Source: Octopus bimaculoides
Lineage: Eukaryota
NCBI RefSeq assembly: GCF_001194135.2
Contig: NC_068982.1
Span: 127,178,523 to 127,242,522, forward strand
Direction of reading: 5' to 3'
DNA: 64,000 nt
Positions 24,187 through 37,303 of this stretch are shown in pieces; within the stretch, counting starts at the first letter, position 1; every line of letters begins with the position of its first letter. Below the pieces are notes generated by a model. It was not told the DNA's origin. It was given only the letters and a program-made list of their open reading frames with translations, and made no database searches. A program made the translations under genes and the position numbers.

Positions 24187-24676
24187 ATGTATATGTGGAA
24201 GCGAATAGTTTTAATTTCTTTCATAACAGCGAGTTTTTTAACTCTTGTTGTTGTGGCAGCCCTATCAGATAGTCTGGATTTTAAAACTTTAACTGTACCT
24301 TTATTCGAAGTGGGTGAATTTTGCAAGCATGCTGTGTCCACTGTAACTACAGATGGCTGGAGTGACCTGCTTGCACGCAATTATCTGGACTTTTTCCTTT
24401 TGTTTCGTATTGGAGTATACGCCACCCTGGCTTATGTGACCATTAGTATTTTGCGCTGGCTACACCAGTTTCTCTTCTGCACCATGGATCGGACACGTGT
24501 ACTGGGGACCACTGGATATGTACCCGATGGTGTACTCAGTATGAAAGAAATCGCTAACGGTGTACGTCGGCGAAGACGAGTCGGGGATATTCCACCTGTT
24601 TATCCCAATGGCTGGTTCGGATTAATTGAATCTCACAAACTGGCAATCAGACAGACTGTTCCTATAAGTATATTAG
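24187..24676 (+). CDS. nvd: Cholesterol 7-desaturase (Neverland/DAF-36, Rieske oxygenase), first coding exon (163 codons + 1 nt)
   Basis: MYMWKRIVLISF...WLHQFLFCTMDRTRVLGTTGYVPDG..KEIANGVRRRRRVGDIPPVYPNGWFGLIESHKL..ISILG matches the conserved Nvd/DAF-36 N-terminus (TM helix, GY, ANxVRRRRxxGxLPPxYPNGW..LG) that immediately precedes the Rieske domain. Strong donor AG|GTAAGT at 24676/24677, phase 1. The start could be ATG 24187 or 24193. The upstream Lys-rich extension to 24070 is probably UTR. Confidence 0.92.
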
Positions 24677-24895
24677 GTAAGTCTATTAAAAGTGCATTTA
24701 TTTATTTATTTATTTATTTATTTATCAATCTGTCTAAAGCTCTTAAACTTCGTTTTTAAATATACATTAATATGATGTAGAAAAAATAAAATAAAATCTT
24801 AACTTCGAAATAATTTCGTTGAACATAACAAAATAATGCACTACCCTCTCGCTCTCACACACATTCTCTCTCCTCTTTCTTTCTTTCTTTTTTCC

Positions 24896-24933
<38 letters not shown>

Positions 24934-25710
24934 TATGGTATACCTATCTATATATCTATCTATATGACAGGATTTCATCCTGTCTTAAGGTGTGTAACCT
25001 GAGTAGCTCTTGTCCAATAAATTGCTGATTAACGCAGGATATCAAACTTTATTCCCACTCCCCCACCTTCAAAAAAAAAAAAAATGCGGAAAAAGAAAAA
25101 GACAAATTTCCTCGTGGAAAACTTGGGATTGCCCAAGGAAGATAGGAGTGAAATGTCGGGAAATAATACTTCTACAAAATTATGAAATATTGTTTATGTT
25201 GCGACCGCGCTTTTCTTCATAATTCTCAGTGACAAAACAAATAAAATATAAGTATTGCACTGGTTCATCCACCTAATATTACTGGTATTTAGTATTCAAT
25301 TTAAAATGAAGCAGGAAAAGTTAATAGTAAGTTATCTGGTTTCGATTCCAGTAATAACTTTATCCTCCTGGTTTCACGATTCTGTTTTTGATAGTTAATT
25401 ATTGTAAGTTCAAATCCAATTCAAATTTACTTTGAGGCCGATAAATAAAATACTGAGGTAAATCAACAAGATATTAGATCGACAGTATTAGATATTGAGG
25501 TGGATCCACATAAATTATTCCCCAAGAAGTTGATCGTGTTTATCCATAGTCGAAATTTTAATACTGCGTGTGTACCTTCAGTAATTAGAATACTTTTTTT
25601 CTAAAAATCGAATCTTTTTCCGACAAAGTTCAAACTTCCAAAATAAAGCCTACACCTTAAAAAGTTCGTTTTAGCACTATCAACAACTTTGCAAACAGAA
25701 ATGATTAATG

Positions 25711-25853
<143 letters not shown>

Positions 25854-25979
25854 CAAACTTTTGCCACAAGGGCAGCTTGGGGGAGGAGATTAAGTCGATT
25901 ACATCGACCCCAGTGCGTTACAAGTATTTATGTTATCGACCCCGAAAAGATGACAGGCAAAGTCGACCTCGGAGGAATT

Positions 25980-26016
<37 letters not shown>

Positions 26017-26255
26017 TGATGATAATAATAACTGAATTTCAAAGAAGGAAATTTTTCTTTATAAAGGTATTTATTTTTTTAAACTTTGATAAAGAATCTT
26101 CATCATAAATCGAAGAAAATTTGATAAATTCATAAAGATTCTGTCAAATGAATTCTGGAAAAAAAAATCATTCATTGAAAAAGACTCGGCCAAGTTAAAC
26201 CAAAATATAAAGTATCGACTTTAGGATATAGCTACATAAATGCGCCCCCCCCCCC

Positions 26256-26700
26256 TACCTGACTTTGTTTCCTCATAACTTTCAGAAAAATGTGTATTTT
26301 TATATGAAGTTTATTTCTAGGTTCCGATTATATTGGAATTTGTTGTGAAAATTTCTTGTGGGGAGAGGAATTTCGGAAAATTCACACGAATCGGCTTTGT
26401 TTCCTTATAACTTTCAGAAAAATGGGTATTTTGTAATGAAATTTTCTATAAATACTTTTCAGACGGTATAGATTACGTTTATATCGGGATTTGATAAGAA
26501 AATACAAAACATTTTTCTGAAATTTATCAGGAAACATAGCGGACTCGTGTGAATTTTCCAAATTCTTTTACCCATCCTTAGAAAAAAATTTCACAATTTT
26601 CGGTATAATCGGAATCTACACCATTTGAAGCGTATTTGTAGAAGAGTTCATTGAAAATATACACTTTCTGGAAGTTATGAGGAAACAAAGTCGGGTGGTA
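26256..26700. mobile_element. Fold-back DNA transposon/MITE with internally repeated arms
   Basis: GACTTTGTTTCCTCATAACTTTCAGAAAAATG at 26261 is inverted at ~26655-26692 (..TTCTGGAAGTTATGAGGAAACAAAGTC). A second copy of the same unit occurs at ~26395 and, inverted, at ~26506-26540. TA lies at both outer ends. Confidence 0.75.
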
Positions 26701-27429
26701 GCATACTTGTGTGGGTATGCTGACTTCAATGCAAGTTTTGTTGTAAGTCATGTATTTAGAGTTCGCATATCAAGTCCGTAAAAGTTACACACACACACAC
26801 ATACACACACACACACACATACAAATACACACAATACACAAAAAGACGTGTGTATGCGTGTGTGTGTGTATGTGTACGGACGTTGATAAGGAATTAGCTA
26901 CAAATGTTCTGTTTGTTATGTTTTTGCAAAATTTTCCGTTTGTTGTTTTTTTTAATTATTGATTTATATATATATATATATATATATNNNNNNNNNNNNN
27001 NNNNNNNNNNNNNNNNNNNNNNNNNNNNNNNNNNNNNNNNNNNNNNNNNNNNNNNNNNNNNNNNNNNNNNNNNNNNNNNNNNNNNNNNNNTATATATACA
27101 TATACAAGGTGCGATGAATGAGTCAAGTTGCTTTTAATACCTTATGAATTCATTCATTAAATATAAAAATGGGGGCTATCTACGAAACAATGAATTTTCG
27201 ATTAACTTCACACGTGAAACTGATATCTCTTACACACACACACACATCTATAAATGGCGAAGAATTATTTTATAGATCTGTATTTATGAGTGAGGATTAT
27301 ATTTGTGTGTTAGCCTAGGTGTTTATGTACGCAGTTTTTTTCCTGGGAAGATTGCGTAATCTGAAAACATGGAAAAGTGGAAAGTCTACGCATTAGACGC
27401 TCGCTGTTTTGTTATTATTGAATATTAGT

Positions 27430-27547
27430 AATCCTTCGGTATTAATAGACGACGTCATTCACCCACACAACGTTCCCTCACGACATAAATAAAGAGGCTA
27501 GGCTGAAAAAGAGGGTGAATGACGTGGTCTACTAATACCGAAGGATT
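27430..27547. repeat. 35-bp inverted repeat (33/35) with 48-bp loop
   Basis: AATCCTTCGGTATTAATAGACGACGTCATTCACCC versus GGGTGAATGACGTGGTCTACTAATACCGAAGGATT. Confidence 0.85.
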
Positions 27548-28187
27548 GCCGTAAAAAGACAAACAGAAACGTACCCACACACATCCCAGCACGTTTCGTT
27601 CTTTTAAATAAGTTGTTTCGAAGTTGTAGATTTTGATTTAACCAGATCAAACCAAACTATCGATTGAATTCCGTTAGAGGCTAAAAGTGAAAATAGAAAG
27701 AAACCTTTTAATTCTATGTACAGCAAATGTAGTTTCTGAACCATGACGACATTCCTGATCACTTTCATTAACAATTGTTTTCACTAATTAGCGTTTCAAT
27801 TTTGCAAATTGCAATTTAGTGTCAATAAAAGTCTTGTTACTCGTTCGTAGTTACTTTTCCCGCGCGACTGTCACGTGTATAGACTGTTTATCTCAATAAC
27901 TGACTAGTCCGTCAAGCGGAAGTGAACTGTGGTTGTGTATTGTCAGGTATCAATAACTTCGCTGCTCTGCAACCCAAAGTCAGGTAGAGTGGCATCGATG
28001 TTGCCCCTTCGATTCGTTTGTAAAGAAAAAAAGAAAAAAAACAGAAAAATACTTGGCTTCCACGAGTGCTTTCACACACTTCGATTATTTGTAGCCGAAT
28101 TGTCTCTTATTTCACTGTCTAATTCAATACACCCCCTAAACTTTCGTGTGCATAGTCATCACACATATTTCAGAGTAATAAAAGCTG

Positions 28188-28225
<38 letters not shown>

Positions 28226-29440
28226 CTTTTTGTGAACTTTTAGACGGGAGGAGAAGGCGGAGTCCGTGACCGTTCACAATGTTTTTATACGGGTGGGAGG
28301 GAAGGAGAAAACCGGACACATTACTCGAATGCTCACAACAGAATGGACTCTGTTAAAGACCCCCGAGGTGCCAGGTGATGATGTTTAAAGCAGGCGACGG
28401 ATTTAGTCAACCATCCAAGTAGGCCATGACAAGATTTGAACTCAGAGCGCAAAGTCAATTCACAACCTTAAATTGATAGTCTTTTTATATCGACTCCGAA
28501 AAAAACGAAGTACAAAATTGACCTTGGTGACAATTGAACTCAGAGCATAGGGCGTCGGAATATAGCCACAATGTTGATATTTTGTTTTTAAGGTAGTTAT
28601 AAATATTTATTCTCATTTTTTTACCAACATTCAGACCTTTGAGGCGATTTCCTGCTTATACCAGGTTTGTTGTGGTTTCTGTCGAAACCATTCGGTCTTT
28701 CTTTTAGCCTTGCATTCGCTCTTATGATTCAGGTCGCATAGATTGGACATTGTTGCTACTACAGAAACTAGATTGAGAAGACCGCGGGCTTTCCCTCCCC
28801 TCCTAAACGACTACGAGAAATTAATTTCTCTATGCCAACCTGGGGGGGGGGGCGGAGAGGTGTTTGCGGTCCTACTCAGGAAAAATTTGAATTTACATAT
28901 AAGAACAATCTTCTTTGAAGAAAGTGGCTTACATGTTGAGAATGAACATACTTAAGGGATGACATAAAGCTTCTGAAAAGGTCCAGCGGTGGAACGTGGT
29001 ATGTAGGGTCACACCCGTTCATCACTTCATCATCATCATTACATAATTTTATTTATCATAAATTTGTATAAATAACGTTTATTCCCCTCTCCCNNNNNNN
29101 NNNNNNNNNNNNNNNNNNNNNNNNNNNNNNNNNNNNNNNNNNNNNNNNNNNNNNNNNNNNNNNNNNNNNNNNNNNNNNNNNNNNNNNNNNNNNNNNNNNN
29201 NNNNNNNNNNNNNNNNNNNNNNNNNNNNNNNNNNNNNNNNNNNNNNNNNNNNNNNNNNNNNNNNNNNNNNNNNNNNNNNNNNNNNNNNNNNNNNNNNNNN
29301 NNNNNNNNNNNNNNNNNNNNNNNNNNNNNNNNNNNNNNNNGGGGGAGGAGGGGCCAGTCGATTAGATCGACCCAGTACTCAACTGGTACTTAATTTATCG
29401 ACCCCAAAATGATAACCTCCAAATTTATCGACCCCAAAAG

Positions 29441-29595
29441 CGCCGCCTTTAGTTGAACAAACCGACACCAGGACTTATTCTTTGTAAGCTTAGTACTTAT
29501 TCTACCAGTCTCTTTTGCCGAACCGCTCAGTTACGGGGACGTACACACCAGCATCCGTTGTCAAGCGATGGTGGGGGCACAAACATAGACACACA

Positions 29596-29648
<53 letters not shown>

Positions 29649-29696
29649 TTATACGATGGGCTTCTTTCAGTTTCCGTCTACCAAATCCTCTCACAC
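29441..29696 (-). mobile_element. SINE family C, 3' and central part
   Basis: GGACTTATTCTTTGTAAGC..GAACCGCTCAGTTACGGGGACGT..(CA)n..GGGCTTCTTTCAGTTTCCGTCTACCAAATCC. Confidence 0.85.
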
Positions 29697-31574
29697 TTCT
29701 TTTCATCTTGCTCCTGTTCCTTCAACCGTAAATGCGTAACACTTCGACGGACTAGCGTCCCGTTCTAGAGGAACGTTGAGATTTCGGTCACTTATCGGGA
29801 TACCGGCCCTATAATTCCTACCACTGGGGTCAATAATATTTTGCAGACTTACGTTTTTTATAACATATGAAAATGAAATAAGAAACGAAAATCAAAACTG
29901 CAATTGAGTAAAATTTTTAAACGGAAAATCGGTTTCATTGAACTATAGCAGTCGAAATTCTGTAAATATAGATTACATTGAGAGAAAAACAAAATAATTT
30001 TCGTTGAATATGTCAGCTGCAAAACATAGCTGAGAATTGAGTTATCAGTTCAGTGTGAATAAAAAGCTTGAACTCAGAATGTAGAGAAAGAAGGAATGAA
30101 TATATGTTGGGTTGTGTCTGCTTGTGTCGAGTTATAATAAAAACAATTTAAGATTAAAATAAAGTACTAAATACTTTTACCAGAATGCACATAGTGTTAG
30201 AAAGTCGTTGTCACCTCTCTTCTTCTAGTTGTAGTTTATGTGTGTGTGTGTGTGTGGATGAACTTAGAACGTAATGGAACATAGCTTAAATGTCAAATAG
30301 CATCTGGTTCGACACCATGCCATAATTTCAGTCACTCATCATTCTATAAAATATTGAAATGTGTCTTTGCTATACCAAATTATATAATAGTTATTCTTTC
30401 ACTTGAGTAAAATCTTTAAGAAGAAAATTCTTAGAAAATCTCTTTGGCGAACATATTCTCATATTTAATATAAAAGTCAAAATAAAACATCCGGTAACTC
30501 TACTCGAAGCAAACTAACAGAATTGCAGACAGTCCCAGGGATATAAAGTGTCCAAATGTTATATATTACTTTTCTGATAAAACATAATCAGTATAAACCT
30601 ATATATATAAAATGAAGTTACTGTAAGAATTTTGACAGTCTACAATTTTATTTTTACAACTAAGTAACTTGACATTAAAATACAAACTACAAAAAAAAAA
30701 AAGGTTTTGATTTTGTGCGTGCATATGCAGGGACTTGAAGGATCTTGCGTCGCTTTTAATTCAAACTCTTATTTAATGTAACTATTAATTTTCTAAAATT
30801 AAAATACTAGAAATTATTTTTATGTTCGTTCAGGTTGCTTAAACTTGTTCTACATTACAATGTGAAATACTTTCTAAATTGTTTTCAATTATAATTCAAC
30901 CTGAAGTTAGACCTATTCTCTTTCGAAGCATTTCTTTCAATTCTTGCCATCTTCCCCTCTTGTATTTTAATTAATAACATAATTTTAATTTCTTTCTTAA
31001 ATCAGGCGGTAATCCAATAATGACACAGTCACGGTTTCCGCCGCGATCGACTCTTTTCAGATAGATAAAACAAGTACCATTTAAACACTGTGGTCGATGT
31101 AATTGAATAAACTAAAATTACTGACCTTGTGCCAAAGTTTAAAAACGTTACTGTCACGGTCTGGTGTTATTCAAGACCTAACATAATTTTAGAGGAGATT
31201 TGGAATATTTTTTTCAACTAGATAAACCTGTAGAAATAATATGATTGTTTTAATCATCTCTACATCGAATAGACAGGCATGCTTTACAAACAGTTAATTT
31301 AAAACTTGTGATTATCTGCAAGTTAAATGATGACATCTGTGTTAAATAACTGTCTTTTTTTTTTTTTTGGAAAATTACATTTAACCTTCCCACTGCATTC
31401 ATATCACCTTGCAATCATCGTACTAGCAGAATTGAAAGTGCTGTATTTGACATTCCCCTAGTTTGTCATCAAGAATACACTTTAGGAATGGGTAAATGAA
31501 ACTCAAGAAATAATCTAGCAGATTATAACTGCTCTATCTTGTTTCAGTTACCGAGAGTGTATCTACACCGGTGC

Positions 31575-31925
31575 CCTACCTTCAAAGGTTTAGTCGAACA
31601 TATCGACCTCACTACGTATTTTTTAATGCGATACATGTTCCATCGACTTCTTTTGCCGAGAGAATAACCGCTTATTCCTAGGGATGTAAAAAACCAACAC
31701 CGGTTGTCCAGTGATAGAATGGAAACACAACACACACGTGCGTGTGCTGTGTGTGTATTAGAGGGGTTTCAACACAGCTTCTGCCTACCAAATCCACTCA
31801 CAAGATATTGGTCAGTCTAGAGCTATAGTTGAAGAGACTTGCCCAAGGTACCGTGCAGTGGAACTGAGCCCGAAACAATGTGGCTGCAAAGCCAACTTCT
31901 TAACATCACAGCTAAGCCTGCGACT
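31575..31925 (-). mobile_element. SINE family C, diverged
   Basis: CTACCAAATCCACTCACAAG..GACTTGCCCAAGGTACCGTGCAGTGGAACTGA. Confidence 0.7.
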
Positions 31926-32589
31926 AGGTAATATAGTAGTTTCCTGAGGCAGATGATTCATTGAAAAATGCCTTCAGCTCCTAAATTAACCTTAATCAGT
32001 GGCGCGAGATTACATTTTCTACAATCTAGCATGGAATTTTGTATCACTTCTCACACTTTCTGAAATTACGATTAATACTTCGGTAATAAAGAATATATGT
32101 ATTTTTTAACGCTTATATTGTAAAGGTAAGCACCTAGGGAGTCGAACCGGAGGCTTGTTTTTGATTTTTGACATGTAACCAGTTTGCTTCCTCTTTTGTA
32201 ACTAAATGCACGTGGGAAACAAACATCACAACGTCTTAATTTTTTTTCTCTATTAGCCTTTTTTACCCGTCGTCAGAAATCAATGTTCATAAGGATTAAC
32301 TAGGTGAATTGTTAGTTCTTGACAATAATCTTATTTACTTGGATTGTTATTTCATGTATTGAGTTAATAAAATAGAGGTTGTGATAGTAATCCAAAACGA
32401 AGAACTTCACAGCATTGTTTTAAAATATTTTCTTTATCATTAATTTAAAACTTCAGTTTATTTTCTAACTTAGTTTTACGGAAGTGGTTTTGTCCTACGT
32501 ATGAGAGACACAGCAGAAGAAAGGAATTTTCAGTAACTGTTCCAATCCGCTTCATCCACTGTATCTATAGACTTACTAATTTTATAGTA

Positions 32590-32800
32590 CAGTAATTGCT
32601 CGCCATACCACGGTTCACCTATCGTGGTTTATTATTTAAGCGTACGTCGATTCCTCCGTGGTGTTGTTTTGCATTTATAATAAAATAGATGTATACAAAT
32701 TATAAAAATAATATAAAAACAATATACAATACAGTACTGCTTCTACTTCGAGAATTTTCACCTATCGTGGGGTTTTTTGGAACGTAACACTCCCTATTGT
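32590..32800 (+). mobile_element. Pogo/Tigger-like MITE fragment
   Basis: TA|CAGTAATTGCTCGCCATACCACGGTTCACCTATCGTGG, with CACCTATCGTGG repeated at ~32759. The right TIR is not intact. Confidence 0.45.
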
Positions 32801-35800
32801 CGAGACACGAACTCTTTCAAAACCTTCATGAATTCATAGTACTGAGAAAATGAAATACATTTCTTTCTGATCGCTGGTTTCTCAGATGATCTGCTTACTT
32901 TTTTCATCTAACAAGCCGAAGTCTATAAAATAAAGAAGTATTTTGCCCATATAAACAATGCAATGCTCCTTGCGCTAAAAGTTCAATATATTATTACTTC
33001 GAAGGTTCCAGCTGTAAAGCACTTTTAATAAAGAATACCTATAAACAGACCCACCAATCTTTAAACTGCTGGTTTAGTGTTTATTAAACAGCACCTTTCA
33101 CTTTATAACCGCGACCTCTGCGTCAGCTATTTATGCGACCAAATGTCAATGTGTCAATTATGTTGACCGGAAGTTCAATGTTATATACATATTGGATTTG
33201 GGCAACCCTTTGGCGAGTCACAATGATGTAGGAGGAACAACTGTATGTATTCACATTCCTTGTTACTCTCTCTCTCTCTCTTTTAAGTTAACTGTCTCTT
33301 ACGAAGAAGTGACACAACTGTCACTTTTTCTCTGCAGACACCTTCCTAAACGCTCTAGTCACAGCTAGATGGGTTACCTTACAATATCTGATTAATTCAT
33401 TGAATTTATAGATAAGCAATTACATCGTGAATTAACCATCTTATTCATCTATAAAAATCAAAGATTGCTGGACTCACTTTTCATTTATTCCTAGATGTTT
33501 CAAAATTTTCGTTGCACTATTGCGACCTGGCCACTGACAGTTCAAAAATAAATAACGCTGTACAAATGACCTCAAATCACAATGATTGCGACAAAAATTG
33601 TAACAGTTTCTCTGTTTTTTAGGTGGCTTGAGTAGCTTTTCCACAATATAATGCTTCATTTACTACGAAAGATTTCAGATTAAGCCACTCACTTGCTTGA
33701 CAAGTACAACTCCAAATTGATTAAAACAGTCGGATGTCATTTTCTGATTCATTAATATCATTCTCCAGTCTCTGCGTTTTGTGCTAGGAAACTTCAGAAA
33801 AAAACTTGATATCATGCCGGGAAAAACTCAATTATTTACACATTCGCATCCAATCATGTGGCTTTCGCATGTAATATTCGCTAACCAGATATGTTTCTAC
33901 CTTGTTGCACGTCCCCTTTTGTGCCATAGAAGCATTTCTCAATAAATGTTTTTTTCTTTTTCTGAATGCCCTTCAATGTCCTTTCCTCTCGTCAGTCTTG
34001 AATTGTTTTATTATAATAAATGCAGTACAACACCAATATAATAAATGTTAATTGCAGCAGAATTATCAATAAAATGTTAAATTATATGATGACGTTATTT
34101 CGTCGGCAAATGTAAGATTAGGCATTTAACGCTGATTTCATAGATAAAAATAAAATGTAGTAGTAGTATTTATAAAGAAGACCAATGAATAGATTGCTAC
34201 ATTGTTCTTGCTTTCTCAAGTATATTGGTGACATTAAGAGGTGTAAGCGAGATTCGAAATTTGACTCGCGTATTTTGCTTGTTGAGAGTTTATTTCAACT
34301 CAACAGTGTTTATCATTTGACTGTTTAAAAAAGTATTATTTTCGTATATTAGCACAAAGATAAAATCAGTTGGGTTAGGAACAGGTAGATTAATATATCT
34401 AACATTACCCCCGATACCTATTTCGCAACAGGATAATGAAAAGCTATCAAACTTTGCAGGATTTGATCTGAGACCATAACTGATCTCTACTCGTTACTTG
34501 AAGGTATCTTGTCCAGTGCACGACCTCTTGTCACAACCCGAAGATTGCGTTATGCTGGTGACAATATAGATGAAACTGTAGTCAATTCCACACCATTTGG
34601 GGTTTAAAACCCTCCCTGTGTTGATAAACATAATACCTTAAATACGCTTGTGTGCTGATACTTTAAACTAGTTTCAGTTATAGGGAACCTGTGATAATTT
34701 GAGAAATGGACGGAACAATTACCATACTTAATAAAGATTTTAAACTTATATAACACGATGGGAAAGCTAAAGAAACATTTTATAGATACCGACTCTGTTT
34801 TGTCTCCTCGTTAATAAGTGTGGGGGGTAAAAGTTACAGCTAATAAATTTTGGCTAAGTTTGCTATTTGTCAGATTGGGAATCAATGCTTTAAGTTATTA
34901 GTTGGCATTTCCCTATTTATCTGATCGGATCAGAAATAAAGTGCAAATGAGAAACCGTAAAAATTTGGGTAGCGGCATGATTGACCAAATCAATATAATT
35001 ATACCAACATCTTGTGTCGAATGCGTATAGCTTACTTGCTGTATACAAAGAAACTTCAGAAACTAAAGGTTTTATGCAGTAAATAATAGGCTTTGAAATC
35101 TGTATAAACTGAAAGCAGAGAGAAGGACAAAGCTTTTAAACACGTTAAAGTTAAAATCCTTATTCTAAACATCTTAGACTTGCTTAATTATTGACTTCAC
35201 TTGACACAGAGTTTTAGATTTATAGGTGAGAGATAAAAATGTTGTACTTTCATGTTTGCTCGTAGAGCAGAACTTCCAGTTTGGAAATGAAACTTAGTTG
35301 AAGACTCAATTCGCCGAAAAACCCACTCTTATGCGAAACAAGATTCCAAAGTGCTACTTTGGTGTGTGTGATCTACAATTTCAAGGGCGATTACTTCAGG
35401 TTAAGTTTTAGTTTCTTTACGTTGCAAAACTCGCGGCTGCCAAACTTTTGTGATCTATGCGATTATTTTAATTATTATATTGTTTATTCGTGGTTTCTTA
35501 TTGCTATTTACTAAACATAAATGGAACATGGTTTTATTATTATTAAAATAGTAAGAATTTTGAAAAAATACATTTACAAATTATGTATAAAAGAATTTAT
35601 TGTAAAAAGTCTGTTGTCAACATAGTAAGTCCTTTTAGAAATTGGAAAGTAAACTAAAAAAGTAACCTATAGTAATCGCTCTGTAGGTTGTAGATCACAC
35701 GCCAAAATAGCAGCGTCTCCAAACCACACTCCTACAAAGAAATACTAAGAAATGAAAAAAAAGAAAAAGAAGAAAAATCATGACTAGACAAGGTCTGTTA

Positions 35801-35932
35801 GTTTTTGGAATAAACTTAGCCTTTTCAGCTTTAGTTATGTTTTAATTCTTGTTTTAACGAACTCATTATAATATGCTTCTTGAGTCCATAGCTTAGCTTT
35901 ACGCTTCTTCCCTTTCATTTCAAGAGCACTCA

Positions 35933-36156
35933 TTATAATTATTTCTACCCTAGGCACAAAGCCTTGAAAATTTTGGGGGAGGGGGAATAGTCGATTACAT
36001 CGACCCTAGTGCGTAACTGATACTTTATTTCATCGATCCTGAAAGGAAGGAAGGCAAAGTCGACTTCGGCGGAATTTGAACTCAGAACGTAGTTGCAGAC
36101 GAAATATCGCTAAGCATTTCGTCCGGCGTCCTAACGATTCCATCAGCTCGCCACCT
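35933..36156 (-). mobile_element. SINE family B, full length
   Basis: Reverse complement of GGCGAGCTG..AATCGTTAG..TTCTGAGTTCAAATTCCGCCGAAGTCGACTTTGCCTT..ATAAAGTATCAG..TGTGCCTAGGGTAGAAAT. Confidence 0.9.
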
Positions 36157-36923
36157 TGAGAGCACCCATTGTAATGGCGGCCCACATTTGGTTTCTTCTG
36201 TATATAGTCACATAGCATGAAACTAACTTTATATACGCCCGCCCGCGCGCGCATACACGGAAGAAACCCATACACAACTACATTTTACATTTTTATGTCG
36301 TACTTCCATGATGTTTATTTTTAGTATTCACGATAAACCTCATTTACCTTAGGGGAATTTATGATTTTATTAGAGTTTCCGGTGAAAATAAGGTCTTTCT
36401 TGCGATAAGACTAGTTAACTACAATAAAATTGATTTGCATAGTCCGTATAATTAATTTAATTGGAATTTGATGTCCCAGCTAAGAAAGAAGTATGCTCTC
36501 AACTTAACACAATGAGCGAAATATTCAGACACCTTCTATAAATATTTAAATTTCGAGCATTCTTAAAATAACGAAGAACATATGTATAACCGTTAGTATT
36601 TTTTAATACATGTTTAACGACTCGACTTTTCTTCGGAACATTAACAAAAGTGGTAAGCCGTTGTCTCTAATTTCCTATATATTTTCAGGTGACAGAATTT
36701 GGGGATACATTTTGTAGCTCAGACATTTAACTAATTTTTAAAACTTTATTATTTTTCCTGTAATGATAACCATACGTGAGAGTAAAGTTTCCTTTCGTCA
36801 AACCATTTTATTTGGCCGGGAAGTTCAAGTTATGGTGTTAATTTCTGATTCCTTGTAGACTGGTATACTCAACTAAAATTTGAAAGTATACATATTTTGG
36901 AAAATTGTTACACCGTGAATTTT

Positions 36924-37303
36924 AGGCGCAGGTATGGCTATGTGGTAAAAAATTTACTTCCTAACTACATGGTTCTGAGTTCAGTCCCACTGTATGACAC
37001 CCTGGGAAAGTTTCTTCTGCCATAGCCTCGGGCTGACCAAAGACTTGTGAGTGGATTTGGTTGACGGAAACTGAAAGAAGCCCGTCACATACACACACAC
37101 CCACGTGTGTGTGTGTGTCCCCACCACTGCTTGACAACTGGTATTGGTGTGTTTACGTCTCCATTAATTAGCGGTTTGGCAAAAGAGACTGATGGAATAA
37201 GTGTCAGGCTTTAAAAAAAATAAGTATTGAGGTTGATTCGTTTGACTAATAATTTTTCACGGCGGTGCCCCAGCTTGACCGCCGTCAAATGACTGAAACA
37301 AGA
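36924..37303 (+). mobile_element. SINE family C (CORE-like), full length
   Basis: AGGCGCAGGTATGGCTATGTGGTAA head, GGTTCTGAGTTCAGTCCCACTG B-box-like, internal CA/TG tract, AAATGACTGAAACAAG tail. Confidence 0.88.

Noticed and set aside
24677-24759. C-terminal KSIKSAFIYLFIYLF.. part of the 229-aa ORF
   Set aside because: Read-through past the GTAAGT donor into an intronic (TTTA)n repeat.
24966-24984. Perfect 8-bp stem hairpin GACAGGAT-TTC-ATCCTGTC near the nvd donor
   Set aside because: Too short to distinguish from chance in 64 kb.
36680-36720. Acceptor-like TTTTCAG|GT as nvd exon 2
   Set aside because: The in-phase translation (GDRIWGYIL*) stops at once and lacks Rieske motifs. The acceptor-like sites at ~27946 and ~44785 also do not give Nvd sequence.
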